A DNA stretch of 64,000 nucleotides from an uncultured Planctomycetota bacterium (GCA_963737655.1 CAVTTN010000002.1:896001-960000); one strand, 5' to 3'; shown: positions 9,610-19,580, numbered from the stretch's first letter. Notes: generated by a model not told the origin, from the letters alone. Numbers and translations: made by a program.

Positions 9610-11349
9610 TCAGACCATCTTTTTAGTCTCGAAAACACGATCTGAAACCATTTCCCCCTTCGCCGGCTCCTCGACGACCCGGAACCCTTCGACGGCCTTC
9701 AGGTCGGACATCAGGCACGGCTGCTTGTACTGCTCGGCGGTGCCTCCGCTCCTGGCGAGCCTCTTGCGCTGCAGGTCCGCCCAGGAGCCTCGGGCCACCC
9801 TCGCCACGCGGACGGGACCGAGCCTCAGGGTCGCCCGCTTGTTCTCGTACTCGACGTTGGCGATCGCCAGGCGAGATTCCACCTCGCTCGCCAATCGCTC
9901 GCGGATCGCCGGGCCGTCGAGGTCGTCTTCCTCGATCAACAGGCAATAATGAGGCGGATCGTCCCAGACCGGGGCGAGCAGATACGACTTGAGCCTCAGG
10001 CCGAGCGACGCCGTCGCGCCATCGACGGCCGAGACCACCTGGAACTCGGAGATCTTCTCGCCCGTGAGGCTGGAGATATGCGCACCCTTGTTCAAGAACT
10101 CGATCAGGGGCGCCCGGCCGTGGAACCCGGCGCAGCGGACGAGGTCGAAAATCTGGTAGCGATAGAGGCCGCCGGAGGTCGTCGGCAAGATGTAATAGCG
10201 TTGCCCTTCGATCAGGTCGCATGCCTCGACGGTTTCGGGCTCGTCGCGGTCGACCTGGTCCTCGGGCAGGAACTCGAAGTAGTGGTGGCGGACGTCCAGG
10301 ATTCCGGCCGGAGTGCCGTCGTCGACGGGGATCGTGAACCGGCCCTCGGAGGCGATCAGGCCGATGTCGCGGACCGGGCGATCCCCGAAGAACTCGGGAT
10401 AGTGCCGCAAATACGCCCCCATCGTCCCGCCCGTCCAGTTGGCCAGGAACTGGAGGTTCGGCCAGTAATCCCGGGGCAGGAGCCGGCCGGTCTCCGAGGC
10501 GATGGCGTCGAGCCGTTTCGCCGCGTCCTTGCGCTTCCTGCGGACCTTCCAGCCGATCGCCTTGCGGACCGGGCCCGGCACGTCGAACCGGTCGGAGAGC
10601 GTCCCGTCGCGGAGGTCGCGAATCAGCGCCTCCTTCTCGCGGTCGCCGAGCCGGGCGATCCCCAGGAGCGTGCTGGGGTTCGCGGCCATCGTGGCGCCGA
10701 GGTCGCGATAGGCGGACATCCTCAGGGCGACATAGTATTTCGCCTCGACGTCCTTGATCCCCATCGTGACCGGCGGCATGCAGTAGGTGGTGCGGACCAG
10801 GGGGTTTTGCATCTGCGCGGTCAATCCGGTGATCGCCCCGCAGGGAATCCCGGCCGGGGTGAAGCTCTCCCTCCAGTTGCTCACGAGCTGGAGGATCGGC
10901 TTCAGGCCGTCGTCGAGGATCGCGGGATAGGCGTCGAACGCGAGGATTCCCCAGATCGTCCAGCCCTCGCGATAGTCCTTCAGCGACTGGCGGGTCACGG
11001 GGATCGTCTTGGGAGTCGCGGTGGTGCCCGAGGTCATCGCGAACATCAACACGTCGGTCCCCGGGCCGAACAGGGCGCCGGTGTCGCCCTGGCGGACCTT
11101 CGCGATGTAGGGCTCGTGGCCATCGTATCCCCGGATCGGCACTCGTTTTCGAAAATCGCTCGCCGACTTGATCTCGCCGAAATGGTGATCGCGCCCGAAT
11201 TGGCCCTCCGCGTTGCGGCGGACGAGTTCGAGGAGCCGGGCGCGCTGGACCTCGTCGGCGCGTTCGGCCTGCCGGAGGAACTCGGCGGCCAGCGCCCGGG
11301 TCTTCCTCACCAGGGGGCGGCCGGCGTACTTTCGGATGAGGTTTAGCAT
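9610..11349 (-). CDS. GH3 family acyl-acid amido synthetase (adenylate-forming)
   Basis: TSGTTATPK P-loop-like motif, ASEG, TTSGGLYRYQIFD, GEK and QYKQP motifs of GH3 proteins. Confidence 0.9.
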   Translation of the reverse strand: MLNLIRKYAGRPLVRKTRALAAEFLRQAERADEVQRARLLELVRRNAEGQFGRDHHFGEIKSASDFRKRVPIRGYDGHEPYIAKVRQGDTGALFGPGTDVLMFAMTSGTTATPKTIPVTRQSLKDYREGWTIWGILAFDAYPAILDDGLKPILQLVSNWRESFTPAGIPCGAITGLTAQMQNPLVRTTYCMPPVTMGIKDVEAKYYVALRMSAYRDLGATMAANPSTLLGIARLGDREKEALIRDLRDGTLSDRFDVPGPVRKAIGWKVRRKRKDAAKRLDAIASETGRLLPRDYWPNLQFLANWTGGTMGAYLRHYPEFFGDRPVRDIGLIASEGRFTIPVDDGTPAGILDVRHHYFEFLPEDQVDRDEPETVEACDLIEGQRYYILPTTSGGLYRYQIFDLVRCAGFHGRAPLIEFLNKGAHISSLTGEKISEFQVVSAVDGATASLGLRLKSYLLAPVWDDPPHYCLLIEEDDLDGPAIRERLASEVESRLAIANVEYENKRATLRLGPVRVARVARGSWADLQRKRLARSGGTAEQYKQPCLMSDLKAVEGFRVVEEPAKGEMVSDRVFETKKMV

Positions 11350-11372
11350 GGCCCCTCCTAAATCGGGGATTC

Positions 11373-11547
11373 AACCGCCAAGTCGCCAGGAGCGCCAAGG
11401 GCCGAGGAGAGCAAGAGGAGAAGGAGTTCGGGAGGAAGAGGATCGAAACGCAGATTTAAGAATGTTATAGATTTTCAAATCTTCGTCATCTGCGTCTCGA
11501 TCCCCTTCCTCTCCTCCGCCCATGGCGCTCCTGGCGGCTTGGCGGTT
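11373..11547. repeat. ~175-bp imperfect palindrome (MITE/REP-like)
   Basis: AACCGCCAAGTCGCCAGGAGCGCCAAGG (11373-11400) pairs 26/28 with 11520-11547; additional inner IR around an AT-rich centre. Confidence 0.75.
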
Positions 11548-12583
11548 AGATCGGATTCGCGATCGAGGCGCAGGCCAATTCCTGATCTTCCGACGAGGCC
11601 GACGGGGCCGAGTGGGTCCGTCGGGGCGAGGCGCGGCGGAAGAAGCGTTCGAGGTGGTCGCGATAGCCCTCGGGATCGACCTCCCGGCAGCGGTTGTGCT
11701 TGGCCCCGGGGACCAGCCAGAGCCTCTTGGGCTCTCCGGCCAGGTCGAAGAAGGTCCGCGCGATGTCCGGGCCGATGTAGGCGTCGCGTTCGCCGTGGAT
11801 CATGAGCAACGGGCGGGGCGAGATCCTCGCGATGGCGCGCTCGACGTCCGGGAACCGGCGGTCGAGCCGCCACGCGGTCCTCATCCGCCCGGCCCATCCC
11901 ACGAACCGGTAGAACCCGAGCTTCGGCAAGTGAGTGCGCACGAACTTGCTGCGGACGTAGATCTCGGCCCAGCGTTCGATATAGGCATTCATCGTCCCTC
12001 GGGTGGGGAACGCGCCATCGGTCGCGACGGCCCAGACCCTCGGGTCGCGAGCGGCCACGCAGATCGCCGCCGAGCCCCCGCGACTCACGCCGAAGAGGCC
12101 GACGCCGGCCGGGTCGGCGTCGGGCCGGGCGCGGACGTACGCCAGCGCCGCCTTGACGTCGCGAGTCTCGCGATTCGACACCCACTGGAGCGGGTCGTAC
12201 CCCGGCTCGGAGTCGCTCCGGCCGTGGTTGCGGAAGTCGAAGGCGAAGAGGTCGAAGCCCAGGTCGCGCAACGGATCGGCATAGATCGACGCGCTGGCGG
12301 AATCCCCCAGGAACTCGTGGCAGAAGACGATCACGCCGGCCCGGGTCGGGGTCCGGGCCGCGTAATACGTGCCCGAGAGCTCCAGGCCGCCGGCGGTCGG
12401 GAACCGGACGTCCTGGCCGTCGGGGCAGGGGGCCGCCTTGAGCGGCTGGAGGACGGGCGTCTCCTCGAAGATCCGGCCGACGATCGGCGAATACTTCAGC
12501 CAGAGGTACACCAGGAACAGCCCGAGGGCGGCGAGGGCCGGGATCAGGATGTAGAGGACCAGAGGAAGGGCGCGACCGGACAC
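11546..12583 (-). CDS. Membrane-anchored alpha/beta hydrolase
   Basis: N-terminal TM helix; FDFRNHGRS, GVSRGG nucleophile, IHGERD, GAKHN. Confidence 0.88.
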   Translation of the reverse strand: MSGRALPLVLYILIPALAALGLFLVYLWLKYSPIVGRIFEETPVLQPLKAAPCPDGQDVRFPTAGGLELSGTYYAARTPTRAGVIVFCHEFLGDSASASIYADPLRDLGFDLFAFDFRNHGRSDSEPGYDPLQWVSNRETRDVKAALAYVRARPDADPAGVGLFGVSRGGSAAICVAARDPRVWAVATDGAFPTRGTMNAYIERWAEIYVRSKFVRTHLPKLGFYRFVGWAGRMRTAWRLDRRFPDVERAIARISPRPLLMIHGERDAYIGPDIARTFFDLAGEPKRLWLVPGAKHNRCREVDPEGYRDHLERFFRRASPRRTHSAPSASSEDQELACASIANPI

Positions 12584-12748
12584 GGGACGACTCCCAGGTG
12601 CATTGCCGAGGGGGGGTCCGACGGACCCGGGACCGGCAATGCTGAAATATCTTGCCTGGAGCGCCGGAATTCAAATCCGGCGCGGGGGATTTTTCGGATT
12701 CGGGGGCGGGGAGGGGGGTTCGGCGGGACGGGAGGGCGGCCGACCCGC

Positions 12749-14038
12749 TCAGCCGGCGGCCCGGCGGAGGATCAGCGTCACGTTCTGGCCGCCGAAGCCG
12801 AAGCTGTTGGAGAGCGCCACGTCCACCGCCTTGCGGCGGGCCACGTGGGGGATGTAATCGAGGTCGCAGTCGCTGTCCGGGTTGTCCAGGTTGACCGTCG
12901 GCGGCATCAGGCCGTCCCTCATGGCCAGGAGGCAGATGATCGCCTCGACGGCGCCTCCGGCGGCGATCAGGTGGCCCATCATGCTCTTGGTGCTGGAGAT
13001 CGGGACCTTGTAGGCGGCCTCGCCCAGCGATCGCTTGAGGGCGAGGGTCTCGATCGAGTCGTTCACGGACGTGCTGGTCCCGTGGGCGTTGATATAATCG
13101 ATGTCCTCGGGGTTCACGCGGGCCTCGGTCATGGCCTCGCGGATGGCGGCGATGGCCCCCCGGCCTTCCTCGTGGGTGTCGGTCAGGCGGAAGGCGTCGG
13201 CCGTGGAGCCGTAGCCGGCGATCTCGCCGTGGATGGTCGCGCCACGCTTCTTGGCGTGCTCATATTCTTCCAGGATGAGCATGCCGGCCCCTTCGCCGAG
13301 GATGAAGCCGTCGCGGTCGCGGTCGAACGGGCGGCTGGCGCGGTGGGGCTCGTCGTTGCGGGTGGACAGGGCGGTCAGGAGGTTGAAGCCGGTCACTCCG
13401 AAGGGGTGGATCATGCTGTGGGTGCCGCCGGTGAGGATCGCGTCGGCGTCCCCCCGGCGGAGGATCTCGGTCGCCTCGCCGATCGCCTGGGCACTCGCGG
13501 CGCAGGCGGTCAGGCAATTGGCGTTGACCCCCCGGGCGCCGTAGAGGGCGGCGAGGTGGCCGCCGGGCGTCCCGGGTTCCTGTTCCGATTCCTTGATGGG
13601 ATGGAGGCTCTTGCGCCCTTCGCGGGTGAACTCGGCCGTCTGGACCTTGTTCTCCCGGCTGCTCCGGTGGACGAGGTCCACGAACCGGGGGAAATCCTGC
13701 TGCCCCTCGCCCGAGCCGAGGTAGATGCCGAACCGAGCGCGGTCCAGCCCCGGGAAATCGAGCAGGCCCGACTCCTTCACGGCCATCGACGACGCCGCGA
13801 TGGCCAGCACCGTGTTGCGATTGTGGTCCTTCCACCTCTCGGCATCGGCCCCGATGTAGGAGGAGAGGTCGAAGTCCTTCACCTCCGCGGCGATCCGGGT
13901 CGGGAAGGCGGCGGCGTCGAACAGGGTGATCGGACCGACCCCGCTCCGGCCTTCCTGGAGGGCCGCCCAGGTCGATTCGACGTCCCGGCCGACCGGGGTG
14001 ACCATTCCCATCCCCGTCACGACCACTCGGCGATGCAT
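12749..14038 (-). CDS. fabF: Beta-ketoacyl-ACP synthase (FabF / KS-alpha-like), catalytically intact
   Basis: RRVVVTG, TACAAS (Cys), HGTST, KSMMGH, SNSFGFGG. Confidence 0.9.
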   Translation of the reverse strand: MHRRVVVTGMGMVTPVGRDVESTWAALQEGRSGVGPITLFDAAAFPTRIAAEVKDFDLSSYIGADAERWKDHNRNTVLAIAASSMAVKESGLLDFPGLDRARFGIYLGSGEGQQDFPRFVDLVHRSSRENKVQTAEFTREGRKSLHPIKESEQEPGTPGGHLAALYGARGVNANCLTACAASAQAIGEATEILRRGDADAILTGGTHSMIHPFGVTGFNLLTALSTRNDEPHRASRPFDRDRDGFILGEGAGMLILEEYEHAKKRGATIHGEIAGYGSTADAFRLTDTHEEGRGAIAAIREAMTEARVNPEDIDYINAHGTSTSVNDSIETLALKRSLGEAAYKVPISSTKSMMGHLIAAGGAVEAIICLLAMRDGLMPPTVNLDNPDSDCDLDYIPHVARRKAVDVALSNSFGFGGQNVTLILRRAAG

Positions 14039-14090
14039 GGCTTGATCCCTTCGGCTCGGTTCGGCTCGGCTCGGCGGGTCTCGTCTCGGC

Positions 14091-15449
14091 TCAGCCCTTG
14101 CCGGCGAGGTCGGTGATCTCGGTCTCGTCGGCGGCCTCGTCACCGAGGCCGGGGTTGCCCTTGACGACCAGGGCCGCGGCCTGGCCGTGGCGGGTCAGGT
14201 TCGTGTTCACGAAGATCGGGTTGTGGGTCGGCCGGGCCGAGCCGGTGACCAGGTCGAGCCGGAACTCGGGGTCCGGGTCGTCGCAGTTGACGATCGCGGG
14301 GATCAGCCCGCGATTGGCGGCCAGGAGGCTGCCGATCAGCTCGACCGCGCCGCAGCCCGAGACGAGGTTGCCCAGGGCCCCCTTCATCGCGGTGACCGGC
14401 ACCTCCTCGCCGAACACGCGGTTCAGGGCGCGGGCCTCGGCGGAGTCGGAGGCGACGGTGGCCGCCCCGTGGGCGTTGACGTGGCCGACCTGCGAGGGCT
14501 CGATCCCGGCATCCTTCAGGGCGGCCCGCAGGGCGACCTCGGTGCCCACGCCCTCGGGATCCAGTCCGCCTCCGGGGCGGGCGTCGCAGCCCGAGCCATA
14601 GCCGAGGATCTCGCCGTAGATCCGCGCCCCTCGGGCGATGGCGTGCTCGCGTTCTTCCAGGATCAGGATGCCGGCGCCCTCGCCGGGGACCCAGCCGGAG
14701 CGCCTGCGATCGAAGGGGCGGCAGGCGGCCGAGAGATCCCCCTCCCACCTCGACATCTGATCCAGGAGGCTCATCCTCACCAGGCTCAGCGGGTGGATCT
14801 TCGAGTCCGCCCCTCCGGAGATCATCACGTCGGCCCGGCCCTTGGCGATGATCCGGAACGCCTCGCCCATCGCCACGTTGCTCGCCGCCTCGGCCTCGGT
14901 GATCGAATTGCTGGGCCCCTGGCAGTCCCACAGGATCGAGATATGACAGGCCAGCATGTTCGGCAGATATTTCAACAGCCAGATGGGCGGGATCAGCGGC
15001 AGGCCCTCGCGGCCGTAGACGGCGAAGTCGAAGGAGCCGTCGGGGTGGGTGGCGAGGTTGATGGCCGGTGCGAGTTCGTCGAGCTCGGTGGAGATCAGCC
15101 CGGCGCCGAGGTCCACGCCGATCCGGGTGGGATCGACGCCGCCCTCGGCCAGCCCGGCGTCGGAGATCGCCATCTCGGCGGCGGCGACGGCGAGCTGGAT
15201 ATCCCGGGCCATGTACTTGAGGCTTTTTTGCAGGGGCTTCCTGTGCTTGGGGACGGCCAGGGCCCGGGGGTCGAAGCCCAGGGCCTCGGCTCCGGCCTCG
15301 CAGGGCAAGCCGTCCACCGGGAAGCTCTGGATTCGCTTGACCGCGCCGCGGCCCTCGGACAGGGCCGCCCACGTCGGCTCCAGGCCGATCCCGAGCGGGC
15401 AGATCAGGCCGATCCCGGTGATCACCACCCGGCGTTCGTCGTTCCGCAT
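14091..15449 (-). CDS. Ketosynthase-like protein lacking the catalytic Cys (chain-length-factor-like)
   Basis: KS fold motifs (RRVVITG, GEGAG) but EAEAAS replaces TACAAS; KGALGN replaces KSxxGH; no FGFGG. Confidence 0.85.
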   Translation of the reverse strand: MRNDERRVVITGIGLICPLGIGLEPTWAALSEGRGAVKRIQSFPVDGLPCEAGAEALGFDPRALAVPKHRKPLQKSLKYMARDIQLAVAAAEMAISDAGLAEGGVDPTRIGVDLGAGLISTELDELAPAINLATHPDGSFDFAVYGREGLPLIPPIWLLKYLPNMLACHISILWDCQGPSNSITEAEAASNVAMGEAFRIIAKGRADVMISGGADSKIHPLSLVRMSLLDQMSRWEGDLSAACRPFDRRRSGWVPGEGAGILILEEREHAIARGARIYGEILGYGSGCDARPGGGLDPEGVGTEVALRAALKDAGIEPSQVGHVNAHGAATVASDSAEARALNRVFGEEVPVTAMKGALGNLVSGCGAVELIGSLLAANRGLIPAIVNCDDPDPEFRLDLVTGSARPTHNPIFVNTNLTRHGQAAALVVKGNPGLGDEAADETEITDLAGKG

Positions 15450-15576
15450 GGGCTTTTGGAGTGCCTTGGAGAGCGGGGGGCGAAGGGCTCACTGCTGAGT
15501 AAAGGATCGGGACTCCTGGCGTCGGTCTTCCGGCCTTTATTCGGCATTCAGCACTCCGCACCACGCACTCAGCACC

Positions 15577-16125
15577 TTACTCCTGGGATTGTCCGTTGGC
15601 GGACGAGGCGGACGCGAGGGCGACGGCATCCGTCTGGCCGTCGACCTGCCGGGCGCGCTCCTGGGCCTGGGCCAGGTGGAGCACCCCCAGCAACTGCTGG
15701 GTGAAGACGAAGTTCTTCGGACCGAAGATCTGATTGGATCGGGACTGGTCGAGGTGGGCAAAGACGATCTCCGCCTCGGCCAGGAGCTCGCCGTCGAGGA
15801 ACACCTTGGCGTCCACGACGGCCCCCTCGGCCCGGAGGTCGGTGAGGGTGACCTCATAAATCAGCTGATCGCCCGCGCAGGCCACCCCGTGGAACTCGGC
15901 CCGGGGGATCTTGGCCAGGACGACCTTCTCGGCGAACCCGTTGGCCTCGCCCACCAGGATCCCGCCGGTCTGGGCCAGGCCCTCGATGATCAGGGAGGCC
16001 GGCATGACCGGATAGCCCGGCAGGTGGTCGTGGAGGTGCTCCTCGGCCAGCGTCAGGTTCTTGATCGCGCGGGCGAACTGCCCGCTGCGGAACTCCAGGA
16101 ACTTGTCGATCCAGATCCATCTCAT
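15577..16125 (-). CDS. FabZ-like 3-hydroxyacyl-ACP dehydratase
   Basis: DHLPGYPVMPASLIIEGLAQ hot-dog active-site motif. Confidence 0.87.
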   Translation of the reverse strand: MRWIWIDKFLEFRSGQFARAIKNLTLAEEHLHDHLPGYPVMPASLIIEGLAQTGGILVGEANGFAEKVVLAKIPRAEFHGVACAGDQLIYEVTLTDLRAEGAVVDAKVFLDGELLAEAEIVFAHLDQSRSNQIFGPKNFVFTQQLLGVLHLAQAQERARQVDGQTDAVALASASSANGQSQE

Positions 16126-16236
16126 GGTCGAGGAGTCCGCCGGACAGGGACCGGACCTCCGGGGCGGGGCGCCGGCCCCGCCCGGAGCCGGGCGGTGGGA
16201 TGCCGAACGGATCGGTCCCGATCCGTTCCATGGGGT

Positions 16237-16626
16237 TCAGACGGCCGCGCCGAGCTTGCTGGAGACGTACTGGACGAGCATGTCCACCGTGTAGAGGTCG
16301 AACAGCTTGTCCACCTCGGGGTTGGCGGCGAACTCGGAGAGGTCGGCGTAGGGCATCCGCTGGCGGATCTCCTCCAACCCCTTCGTGGTGAGCTTGCCGT
16401 CCTGGACCATGTCGGGGTCGGAGACGTTCTCGGGGAAGAGCTCTCCGCGGGGGATCTTGATCCCGAAGTTCCGCTCCAGGCGGAAGACGATGTCCAGCAA
16501 GTCGATCGACTCGGCGCCGAGGTCGGAGAAGAGGGTGGCGTCGCGGGTGACGTCCTCCTCGTCCACGCCCAGAGCATCGACCAGGGTGGACTGAACTTTC
16601 TGGTAGATCTCGTCTTGCGTCGGCAT
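16237..16626 (-). CDS. Acyl carrier protein with C-terminal extension (129 aa)
   Basis: DLGAESIDLLDIVFRLE phosphopantetheine Ser motif; acidic helical sequence. Confidence 0.9.
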   Translation of the reverse strand: MPTQDEIYQKVQSTLVDALGVDEEDVTRDATLFSDLGAESIDLLDIVFRLERNFGIKIPRGELFPENVSDPDMVQDGKLTTKGLEEIRQRMPYADLSEFAANPEVDKLFDLYTVDMLVQYVSSKLGAAV

Positions 16627-16891
16627 AACATCCTCGAAAGTGCGGGAAGCCAATCCCATCCCACCGCGGGGACGACGTGCGGAGAACGCCGCGAAGTCGG
16701 CGGGGCTGGCCGGAGGACCGACTTCGGCTCGGGGCCGGAACCGGACGACCATCCCGGGGTCCTGGCAGGCCAATCAGGGGCGGGCGAAGCGCCAGACCCG
16801 GACCGATCCCGGGCCGGGGGGCCGGCGCGACCCGGCTATCTTGATAAAAATCGGCCGACCTTGCAACATCATCGGACGGGCGACCGAGAAA

Positions 16892-17440
16892 CTACAGCCC
16901 CGATCGACCGATGGCCACCTCGGGCTTCGGCTCCGGCCCGCTGATCCGGACCATCGCCTTGGCCCCCACGGAGCCCTTCCGCAAGGTCCCGTACAGATCC
17001 CGCAGATGGCCGACGATCGCCGCGTCGGTCGCGTGGAGGGCCGGGTCCTTGTCTCGCAAGTTGTAGCGGGTCACGGTGATCCGGCCCTTGACCATCACCT
17101 GATCGTCAATCCGCCCCTCGCCCTTGAAGCTGGTCTCGACCGGACCCGACTTGTCGATCTCGACGAACAGCCGGAGCTGACGGCCGGGCTCGACGAAACT
17201 GCCATATTTGATCGTCTTGGCGCTCTTCAGGACGATCACGCTGTGCGCGAAGTCCTCCGAGGCCCGGATCAGCCAGGCCCCGGCCTGCGTGAGGGCCTCC
17301 AGCATCAGCACGCCCGGCATCACGGGGAAGCCGGGGAAGTGGTCGGCCAGGTACTCCTCGGCCAGCGAAAGGTTCTTCACGGCCACCAGCGATTGGCCGG
17401 GGACGAGCTCGAGGATCCGGTCGATCAAGACGAATCGCAT
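16892..17440 (-). CDS. FabZ-like 3-hydroxyacyl-ACP dehydratase (second)
   Basis: DHFPGFPVMPGVLMLEALTQ motif; first gene of the minus-strand cluster. Confidence 0.9.
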   Translation of the reverse strand: MRFVLIDRILELVPGQSLVAVKNLSLAEEYLADHFPGFPVMPGVLMLEALTQAGAWLIRASEDFAHSVIVLKSAKTIKYGSFVEPGRQLRLFVEIDKSGPVETSFKGEGRIDDQVMVKGRITVTRYNLRDKDPALHATDAAIVGHLRDLYGTLRKGSVGAKAMVRISGPEPKPEVAIGRSGL

Positions 17441-17719
17441 GGATGGTCTCGCGGGGCGAGCGGTGGCCGAGGCTCAAGGGCATCGAGGGGGGCGAGGCGG
17501 GCGCCCCGCGAGCGATACCAGGTTCCTTTATCGGAGCGGCCCATTGTAGAAATCAAGTCGCCATGTCGCAAGGGGTTCCGCCTTGAGACCGAAGGGCCGA
17601 TCTTCCCTCACGCCCGGCCGATTTCCCCTCGGCCGTATCCGAGAGCCTCGCCCGCCCTTATAATCGGGGATGACACGGGTGCCCCGGCGGGCCCCGGAGG
17701 CTCTCGGAGGCGAAGACCG

Positions 17720-19548
17720 ATGGCCGTGGCCGCTCTGGGGATCGTCTTGATGGGCCTGGGGCCGGCGTCCGCCCCGGCGTGGTCGCCCGACGGCCGGTGG
17801 TTGGCCTACGTCGAGGAGGCCGGACCCTCGCCCAACGCCCTCGCGCCGGGCTGGCTGTTCCGGCCATTCGACGCCCCCTCCGCAAACGACCGGATCGACC
17901 CAGCTCCCGCCGATCGCCCATCCGGCCCCTTCCGCCTCTGGGCGACCCGGCCCGATTCGGGCGAGTCGGTCCTCCTGGACGAGTCCCGCTTCCCGATGAC
18001 CCCTCCGGCCTGGAGCCGCGACGGCACCGCCCTGGCCTTCGGCCGGATCGCCCGGGGCGAGGGCCGGACCTTCCGGTTCGAGGTCGTCGTCCAGGACGCT
18101 CCGGACCGCAAGCGCATCCTCCACTCCGAGCCGATCCCCGGCGACCCCGGCCCGAGCGACCGCCTGGCCGGCCTGGCCCCGGCGTTCAGCCCGGACGGCC
18201 GCAGCCTGGCCGTCCCGATGTTGTCACCGAGTCCGGGTTTCGCGATCTTCCGCCGAGAGGGCGGGCGGCCGGTCAAGACGATCGATCGGGGCATGAAACC
18301 CTGCTGGTCTCCCGAGGATGGCAAGCTCGCCTTCTTCCGGGGCGGGGCCGAGCCCGGCGTGTTCGTCCTGGAAGGGCCGTTCGGCGACCCTCGGAAGCTC
18401 GCCGAGCTGGCCGCCGATTCGGTCGAGGCGTTGCCCGGCCCGTGGTGGAGCCGCGACGGCCAGGCCGTCCTCTTCCTCCGACGCGCCCCGGCCGCCGCCC
18501 GGGCCGAGGTCCGCAAGGATGGGCTGATCCTGTCGAGGATCCGCGTCGAGAACGGCCAGATCGAATCGACCGTCGAGATGACCCACGACGAGATCCCCAC
18601 CGATCGGCCTCTCCTGGGGGCCTGGCTGGGCCTGGACCCCGACGGCGAGAACCTGTTCCTCTCCTCGGCCGTCCCGGGGCAGGTCACCTATCAGATCACC
18701 TGGTGCGCGGGGAAGCCCGACGAGGTCCGCAAGCGGTTCAACCCGTTCGACCCGTCGGCGACGGCCGGGGCCCTGGCGGCCTGGCCGAGCGGCCGGGGTC
18801 TGGCCCTGCGGATCTCGGCCGGGGGCGGCTGGTCTCCGCCCGCGTTTTGCGAGCCGGAAACCGAACGCTTGACTCCTCTTGCGCCCGACGCCGCGTCCCG
18901 GGCCGCCTGGCGGGGGCTGGTCCTGGCCGAGGTCGCCGGGCTGCTCCGCCGCGTCCCCCCGGCCCGCACCGACGACGGCCAGAGCGTCGAGAGGGCCAGC
19001 CGCCTGCCCGTCCCCGGCGAGATCGATCCCGGAGACCCGCTGATGCTCCGCCTCCGCCGACTGGCCCGGATCGGCCTGCCCCTGGTCGATCCCGGCTCGC
19101 CCGACGGCGACGAGGCCCGGCTCCTTCTTGCCTATCTTGCCGATGACGCCTCGGCGGCACTCTCCGCCCTGAATGCCCTGGACGCCCGCGCCGCCAACGC
19201 CGACCAACGGGCGAGGCTGATCGCGGTCCGGGCGCAAGTCCTTCTGGCCAAACGGGATTTCGATCGGGCCGGCGCACTCATCGGCCATCTGGCGAAGGGT
19301 TCGGGCAGGCCGTCCCTGGAAATCGTCGAGACCAGGAATGGGCCCGGCTCCAACCGGTGGCGGACCCGAAGGCGGCCTGGCCCGGGTTCCTTCGCGCGAA
19401 GCTGGAAACGCTCAAGAAGGCCCCCCACCCGCCGGTGATGGGGTCCGAGATCGACGGCGATGCCGAGTTCGAACGAATTCGTCCGGCCGTCGAGCCCAAC
19501 GCGCTGCCGCCCGACCTGCCCGTGGCCCCCGCCCCGGTGCCGTTCTGA
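17720..19548 (+). CDS. Exported TolB/PD40-like beta-propeller protein; probable frameshift near 19340
   Basis: Signal peptide; repeated WSPDG / WSRDG / FSPDG blades; helical C-terminus; tail probably continues in ORF 19357..19548. Confidence 0.7.
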
Positions 19549-19580
19549 GGGCCGGGGCGGCTCGATCGGAGGCCCCGGAT

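Noticed and set aside
9485..9949. ORFs containing VGPTSVGPT...VGPTEVGPT (also within 3827..5161)
   Set aside because: Translation artefacts of the palindromic MITE
14050..14095. GGCTC pentamer run between the KS genes
   Set aside because: Short and imperfect; no support for phase variation
11522..14116. 864-aa plus-strand ORF and similar long shadow ORFs (e.g. 20739..23498, 58495..60555)
   Set aside because: They overlap recognisable genes on the opposite strand and lack domain signatures
12749..17440. Ladderane or housekeeping fatty-acid synthesis assignment
   Set aside because: No radical-SAM genes and no fabD/fabG/fabH here; the Cys-less KS and long ACP argue against housekeeping FAS, and nothing specifically supports ladderanes
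16640..17719. Long N-terminal extension of the 16640..19438 ORF
   Set aside because: Overlaps the fabZ-like gene antisense; RBS and signal peptide point to a start at 17720
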